From: Brevundimonas vancanneytii
GTDB lineage: Bacteria; Pseudomonadota; Alphaproteobacteria; Caulobacterales; Caulobacteraceae
Length of the DNA: 64,000 nucleotides
Assembly: GCA_945861515.1 (NCBI GenBank)
Contig: CAMAVA010000001.1
Coordinates: 20,749 to 84,748, forward strand
Direction: 5' to 3'
A model generated the notes under the pieces. It was not told the DNA's origin and made no database searches. It was given only the letters and a program-made list of their open reading frames with translations. The stretch's first letter is position 1. Every line of letters starts with the position of its first letter. This document shows positions 58,786-64,000 of this stretch, one piece after another. Made by a program: the position numbers and the translations under genes.

Positions 58786-59820
58786 ATGTCTTCGTCGACC
58801 CGCAACCTGAGCTCGCGACCCACTGCGATTTGGCTGTTCGTCGTGGCCGCCTTTATCCTGGCGATGGTGGTGGTTGGCGGCGCCACGCGTCTGACAGGCT
58901 CTGGTCTTTCCATCACCGAATGGCGACCGATAACCGGCGCCCTGCCGCCGTTTGGCGAGGCGGCATGGCAATCCGAGTTTTCCAAGTATCAGACGATCCC
59001 GCAGTTTCGGCTTCTCAATCGGGACATGACCCTGTCGGAATTCAAGGTCATCTATGCTTGGGAATGGGGACATCGCCTTCTCGGCCGCTTGATCGGACTG
59101 GTGTTTCTGGTTCCCTTTCTGACCCTGCTGGCGCTCGGGAAAATTCCTCGCCGGCTCCTCTGGCGATGCGGATTGCTGTTCGGCCTGGGCGGTCTTCAGG
59201 GCGTCGTGGGATGGTGGATGGTGTCGAGCGGGCTTTCGGACCGGGTGTCCGTGGCGCCTGAGCGACTGGCAACCCATCTGGGCCTGGCCCTGGCGCTCTT
59301 CGTTCTGGTGATCTGGACAGCCCTGGAGGCCTGGTCCGGTCCGGTGCGTCAGCGTTTCTCGGGGCCTTGGCGACTATGGACCCTGATCATGCTCGGCGCG
59401 GTCTTCCTGCAATGTATTCTGGGCGCACTGGTCGCCGGTACGCATGCCGGCTTCTTGTACAACGACTGGCCCTTCATGAACGGGCGCCTGTTCCCGGAGC
59501 ACTATGCCGGGAGCAGTCTTTGGCAGACCATTGCCCACAATCAGGCCTCCGTTCAGTTTCACCACCGGCTCGGCGCTTATGGATTGACCCTGGCGGCATT
59601 GGTGCTGGTGATCTGCGCCAACCGCGCCAGGGGACAACTTGCCCCTGAGCACCGACAGGCGGCCTACGCCCTCGGCGCGGTGGTTCTGCTGCAGGCTAGC
59701 CTCGGGGTCGCGACCCTGATGGCCGTTACGCCCCTGTGGCTTGGCATTCTTCACCAGGCCGGTGCGGTGCTGTTGCTTTTGGCGGCCACGTTTTTGGCCT
59801 GGAGAGTGCGGCGAAGTTAA
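58786..59820 (+). CDS. ctaA: Heme A synthase (COX15/CtaA type 2)
   Basis: [47 protein letters not shown]. Confidence 0.96.
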   Translation: MSSSTRNLSSRPTAIWLFVVAAFILAMVVVGGATRLTGSGLSITEWRPITGALPPFGEAAWQSEFSKYQTIPQFRLLNRDMTLSEFKVIYAWEWGHRLLGRLIGLVFLVPFLTLLALGKIPRRLLWRCGLLFGLGGLQGVVGWWMVSSGLSDRVSVAPERLATHLGLALALFVLVIWTALEAWSGPVRQRFSGPWRLWTLIMLGAVFLQCILGALVAGTHAGFLYNDWPFMNGRLFPEHYAGSSLWQTIAHNQASVQFHHRLGAYGLTLAALVLVICANRARGQLAPEHRQAAYALGAVVLLQASLGVATLMAVTPLWLGILHQAGAVLLLLAATFLAWRVRRS

Positions 59821-59963
59821 GGGTTGGCCCCGCCGGCTCGGCTGCACGATCCGACCGACCGCGTGCGATGATGACCGCCTCCGCTTCGAAGGTCTTCCGG
59901 GAACCCATGGCCGCCTCTGCTACCTCAAAGGAAACCCCTCACGAGGCGCCACTTGCCTCGCTG

Positions 59964-60090
59964 CCGAAACCGGTGACGACCCTGACAACGTCGTTACCGA
60001 AACCGGTGACGGCCAGGACATCCTCGTTACCGAACCCGTGACGACCCTGACAACCGCAGAACCGAAACTGACGACCACCCCGACGAGACC
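59964..60090. repeat. Imperfect tandem direct repeat, about 4 copies of a 33-bp unit
   Basis: Units start at 59964, 59997, 60030, 60062 (CCGAAACCGGTGACGACCCTGACAACGTCGTTA-like). Confidence 0.85.
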
Positions 60091-60875
60091 CCTCCTGGAA
60101 ACCGACCTGTCCAAAAAGGCGGGCGGTCAAATGAGAGGCAGGAAGCCGAAACCATGCTGCCGGACTGACTGTAAACTTTCGATCCTTGGGTGGAGACCAG
60201 GGATGGGACGACGGTCATCGTCTATCATGTCAACGCCGCTTCGAGCGCCTTGGGAGTCTCCGTGTCGCCGTCCAGCATCCTTGGAAACATCAGACAAAGC
60301 ACGCGTCAAAACCTACCAGGAACCAGCGCAAACCCGACAAAGTCAGCCAAAACCTGACAAGATCTGTCCGGAAAGGCGACGTTTTCGACCGTGCGAGCGG
60401 CAGGCCAAAAGGCGGATCATGGCGGTCGGCCGACGCTGCCGCAGTCCATGAATGCCATAAATTCAATGCGTTGATTTAATCTAGTGGCCCTTGGATGGGC
60501 CCGGCCAGCCGGCTCGGTCCTCGCAACGACGCCCGAATTTTCTAGGCGCAGTCTTTTGCCCGGGTTTCTGGCCGGAAATGGCGCCAATCCACGGTCGGCT
60601 ACGCCGGGTTTGACCTTGAGCTTGATCCACGGGGGGCAAGGTCATCTCCTCCGGGTGACCGATTTTCGCCCCGCGTCGATCCGGTCAGGACACCTGTGCG
60701 ACCATCGTGGATCACCGGCGCCTGGCTGGTCGCCGGGGTCCGAAAGGTCGGGAAAACTGGGCTTCCGTCATCGAAAGCCGCATCAAGCACGGCAAAAAAT
60801 AGGGTATAATAATACCGTATAGATTTAATACAGCAAAAACAATGGATTAGGGGCGCGCGGACTATTTTCTCTCCA

Positions 60876-60904
60876 TTGACTTAGTTTCACGCAACCCGTA
60901 TCAG
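60876..60904 (+). promoter_or_regulatory. rplM-rpsI promoter
   Basis: TTGACT-N17-TATCAG followed by a GC-rich discriminator. Confidence 0.65.
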
Positions 60905-60957
60905 CCCGCCCTCAAGTCGGAAGCCCGCTGCTTCCTCACGAACCGGATATCGAACCC

Positions 60958-61431
60958 ATGATGAAGACCACGGCTTCGCTGAAGCCCGCCGAGGTCGAGA
61001 AGAGCTGGATCGTGATCGATGCCGAGAACGCCGTTGTTGGCCGCCTCGCTTCGTTCATCGCCATGCGCCTTCGCGGCAAGCACCGTCCCGACTACACCCC
61101 GCATGTCGACTGCGGCGACTTTGTCGTCGTGGTCAATGCCGACAAGGTGAAGTTCACGGGCCGCAAGCTCGAGCAGAAGATCTACTACCGCCATACCGGT
61201 CACCCCGGCGGCATCAAGCAGGTCACCGCCGGCAAGCAGCTGAATGGCCGCTTCCCCGAGCGGGTGCTCGAAAAGGCTGTGGAGCGCATGCTCCCCAAGG
61301 AAAGCCCCCTCGCCCGCGCCCAGATGACCCACCTGCGTATCTACAACGGCGGGGAACATCCACACGCCGCGCAGAACCCTCAATCCATCGCGTTCGCTGA
61401 TCTGAACGCCAAGAACGTGCGGAGCGCCTGA
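60958..61431 (+). CDS. rplM: 50S ribosomal protein L13
   Basis: [27 protein letters not shown]. Confidence 0.98.
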   Translation: MMKTTASLKPAEVEKSWIVIDAENAVVGRLASFIAMRLRGKHRPDYTPHVDCGDFVVVVNADKVKFTGRKLEQKIYYRHTGHPGGIKQVTAGKQLNGRFPERVLEKAVERMLPKESPLARAQMTHLRIYNGGEHPHAAQNPQSIAFADLNAKNVRSA

Positions 61432-61895
61432 TGGCCGAAGGTCTCGAAGCCCTGCAAGCCCTGTCCTCGTCGCCCAATGCGGCGCCGGCTGAGCCCAAGA
61501 TCGACAAGTTCGGCCGCGCCTATGCCACTGGCAAGCGCAAGAACGCCATCGCCCGCGTTTGGATCAAGCCCGGCAAGGGCACGATCACGATCAATGGCCG
61601 CGACCAGGAAGTCTATTTCGCACGCCCCGTGCTGCGGATGATGATCGCCCAGCCGCTGCAGGTCACCGACCGGGTTGGCCAGTTCGACATCATCGCCACC
61701 GTCGAAGGCTCCGGCCTTTCCGGTCAGGCCGGCGCTGTGCGTCATGGCCTGTCCAAGGCGCTGACCTACTACGAGCCGGGCCTCCGCGCGGCCCTGAAGC
61801 CCCACGGCTTCCTGACCCGCGACAGCCGCGTCGTCGAACGGAAGAAGTACGGTAAGGCCAAGGCCCGTCGTAGCTTCCAGTTCTCGAAGCGCTAG
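61431..61895 (+). CDS. rpsI: 30S ribosomal protein S9
   Basis: [32 protein letters not shown]. Confidence 0.98.
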   Translation: MAEGLEALQALSSSPNAAPAEPKIDKFGRAYATGKRKNAIARVWIKPGKGTITINGRDQEVYFARPVLRMMIAQPLQVTDRVGQFDIIATVEGSGLSGQAGAVRHGLSKALTYYEPGLRAALKPHGFLTRDSRVVERKKYGKAKARRSFQFSKR

Positions 61896-61919
61896 CGCGC
61901 GACGTCTCATCACGTTGCG

Positions 61920-61958
61920 AAAAGGGCGCTTCGGGAAACCGGAGCGCCCTTTTTCTTT
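61920..61958 (+). terminator. Rho-independent terminator after rpsI
   Basis: AAAAGGGCGCTTCGG-GAAA-CCGGAGCGCCCTTTT plus T-tract. Confidence 0.88.
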
Positions 61959-61979
61959 GGTTTGGCTGTGGAGATCGCC

Positions 61980-62915
61980 ATGTCCCCCAGGGTTTTCATC
62001 GACGGCGAGGCCGGGACGACCGGCCTTCAGATTCGGCAGCGGCTGGCAGGGCGCAAGGATCTCGAGGTCCTGTCGATCGATCCGGCGCATCGCAAGGATC
62101 CGGCTGCGCGGGCTGAAATACTCAACTCCGCTGATCTTGTTCTCCTTTGCCTTCCTGATGATGCGGCGAGAGATGCCGTGGCCCTGATCAGTTCGCCGGC
62201 TGTGAAGGTCGTTGATGCCTCCTCGGCCCACAGAACTGCCCCGGGCTGGGTGTACGGCTTTCCCGAGATGGCCTTGAACCAGCGGGCTGACATTGCGGCC
62301 GCGCGCAGGGTCAGCAACCCTGGATGCTATCCGACTGGCGCGATCGCTCTGATCCGACCTCTGGTCACGGGTGGATTGATGCTGTCCGACTATCCGGTGA
62401 CGATCCATGCCGTGAGCGGCTACACCGGCGGTGGCAAATCCATGATCGCCGAGTTTGAACGTCCGGATGCCGAAGCGTTCCGGATCTATGGCTTGGAACT
62501 GCAGCACAAGCACCTTCCGGAGATGACGACCTACTGCGGTCTGTCCCGCGCACCTGTCTTCTGTCCATCGGTCGGACGCTTCGCGCAGGGCATGATCGTG
62601 GAAGTAGCGTTGCACCTTGATCTTCTTGAGGGCCACCCATGTGTGCGGGACCTGCACGATCTGTTGCGTGAAGCCTACCGCAATGAGCCCTTTGTTCAGG
62701 TTGCCTCCTGGGAGGAAACTCGAACCCTCATTGGGCTGGAACCCGAAGGGCTGAACGGCTCCAACTCGCTCCGCCTTTTTGTGTTGGGCGCCGAAACGGG
62801 GCGTCAGGCGCGGCTGGTGGCTGTACTGGACAATCTCGGCAAGGGAGCGTCAGGGGCTGCCGTTCAGAACATGAACCTCATGTTGGGCTTGGAGGAGGCC
62901 AGGGGCCTTTGGTGA
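61980..62915 (+). CDS. argC: N-acetyl-gamma-glutamyl-phosphate reductase (short type)
   Basis: VFIDGEAGTTGL, DASSAHR, SNPGCYPTG, LDNLGKGASGAAVQNMN. Confidence 0.96.
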   Translation: MSPRVFIDGEAGTTGLQIRQRLAGRKDLEVLSIDPAHRKDPAARAEILNSADLVLLCLPDDAARDAVALISSPAVKVVDASSAHRTAPGWVYGFPEMALNQRADIAAARRVSNPGCYPTGAIALIRPLVTGGLMLSDYPVTIHAVSGYTGGGKSMIAEFERPDAEAFRIYGLELQHKHLPEMTTYCGLSRAPVFCPSVGRFAQGMIVEVALHLDLLEGHPCVRDLHDLLREAYRNEPFVQVASWEETRTLIGLEPEGLNGSNSLRLFVLGAETGRQARLVAVLDNLGKGASGAAVQNMNLMLGLEEARGLW

Positions 62916-63355
62916 TCCGGCTGCGTCAAGGTGTGATGGCTGACGTCGCCGGTGTCGCGGTCCTTCACCGGCGCAGCATCAAGGCAGCAATGCCTTGGCT
63001 TCCTGAGTTACACTCTGCGAAGGAGGATCTGACCTTTTTCGGCGAAACAGTTTTTCCAAACCAGGTGGTCACTTTGGCTGAAATCGACCTTCAGCTGGTC
63101 GGATTCTCGGCTGCTGCTGCTGATGGCTGGCTGAACCACCTCTACGTTGATCCAGCTCACCAGGGTGTGGGGGTCGGCTGGGCCTTGCTGGCCCATGTCC
63201 TCGATTGCAGGACGTCCCTTCAGCTGTGGGCCTTTCAGAGAAATCACCGGGCACGCCGGTTCTACGAGCGTGCGGATTTTCGGGTCGCCAGGATGACGGA
63301 TGGCTCAGGCAACGAAGAAGGAGAACCGGATGTACTCTATGTCTGGAGACGATAG
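62909..63355 (+). CDS. GNAT family N-acetyltransferase
   Basis: LNHLYVDPAHQGVGVG, FQRNHRARRFYER, NEEGEPD. Confidence 0.9.
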   Translation: MVIRLRQGVMADVAGVAVLHRRSIKAAMPWLPELHSAKEDLTFFGETVFPNQVVTLAEIDLQLVGFSAAAADGWLNHLYVDPAHQGVGVGWALLAHVLDCRTSLQLWAFQRNHRARRFYERADFRVARMTDGSGNEEGEPDVLYVWRR

Positions 63356-63470
63356 CAGCACTGGGCTTTCTCGGGTCCCCTGAGCTGATCGATCGCCTTG
63401 CTCACAAATTCTCACCAGACTGTGTGGACGGTTGACTGGCCTCGATACTGAAGTCAGCCATATTGGCCGC

Positions 63471-63959
63471 ATGATCATGAACCGACGCCTCTTGCTGCTC
63501 TCGGCCGGCAGCTTCATCGCCTGTGCTGGAACCCAATCAGCGGCAGCAGCTGACAAGCATTTCGCATCCTCCCCTTGGCGCAAGATGAGCGATGCGCAGT
63601 GGCGTCGGCGACTTTCGCCTGCGGCCTACCGCGTGCTTCGCAAAGAAGACACCGAGCGCCCGGGATCCAGTCCATTCAATCATGAAAAGCGAAAGGGAAC
63701 TTTCATTTGCGCCGGCTGCGACCTGCCCTTGTTCAAGAGCGACTGGAAATATGAGTCCGGTACGGGGTGGCCCAGCTTCTTCAGGGCGATAGAGTCCAAT
63801 GTCGGAAAGAAGCAGGACCTGGTGCTGCTGATCCCGAGGACCGAGTATCATTGCGCTCGATGCCTCGGCCACCAGGGGCATCTGTTTCCCGACGGTCCCC
63901 GACCAACTGGTCTTCGTTGGTGTAACAACGGTGTGGCCCTGAAGTTCGTGCCGGCCTAG
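63471..63959 (+). CDS. msrB: Peptide-methionine (R)-S-oxide reductase with putative Tat signal
   Basis: TERPGSS, CAGC, YESGTGWPSF, RTEYHC..C.GHQGHLFPDGP..TGLRWCNNG; N-terminal NRRLLL. Confidence 0.95.
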   Translation: MIMNRRLLLLSAGSFIACAGTQSAAAADKHFASSPWRKMSDAQWRRRLSPAAYRVLRKEDTERPGSSPFNHEKRKGTFICAGCDLPLFKSDWKYESGTGWPSFFRAIESNVGKKQDLVLLIPRTEYHCARCLGHQGHLFPDGPRPTGLRWCNNGVALKFVPA

Positions 63960-64000
63960 ATTCGATCCGATTGATCAGGCCGGCGGGCAGTCGGGGGGGG

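Noticed and set aside
59964-60090. Possible mini-CRISPR array
   Set aside because: Units abut with no unique spacers, and no cas genes are present in the window
60790-60845. Possible dif (XerCD) site in the AT-rich tract
   Set aside because: No convincing XerD arm (TTATGTxAA) on either strand

Overview
GC-rich core-chromosome segment of an alphaproteobacterium, almost certainly Caulobacteraceae (Phenylobacterium/Caulobacter-like gene order). It is mostly housekeeping: rsmA-pdxA-surA-lptD-lptG-lptF | pepA-holC, ABC-F, ndk, purMN, rnd, ppk1-ppx, hdaA, aspS, NDUFA12-DUF2155, aat-accC-accB-aroQ, thiSG, DsbA-like/M48/rne, amiC-PBP1A-prfB (programmed +1 frameshift), lipA, bamE, yceD-plsX-fabH-ihfA-MerR-tRNA-Pro, ctaA, rplM-rpsI, argC, msrB. 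No integrase, transposase or CRISPR array was seen. The most striking item is an intact 858-aa class II ribonucleotide reductase (NrdJ) homologue. Its catalytic barrel has lost all recognisable active-site motifs, while the C-terminal TSCPD domain, a Cys4 ribbon and an apparent pair of upstream NrdR boxes are retained, which suggests a regulated pseudo-enzyme. Other items of note: a lipoprotein alpha/beta-hydrolase lacking the nucleophile Ser, a small Zn-ribbon gene upstream of rne, tandem exported pentapeptide-repeat paralogs, three related palindromic intergenic repeats, and a 1.1-kb gene-free stretch with 33-bp tandem repeats before rplM. All family assignments come from motif recognition by eye, not database searches.
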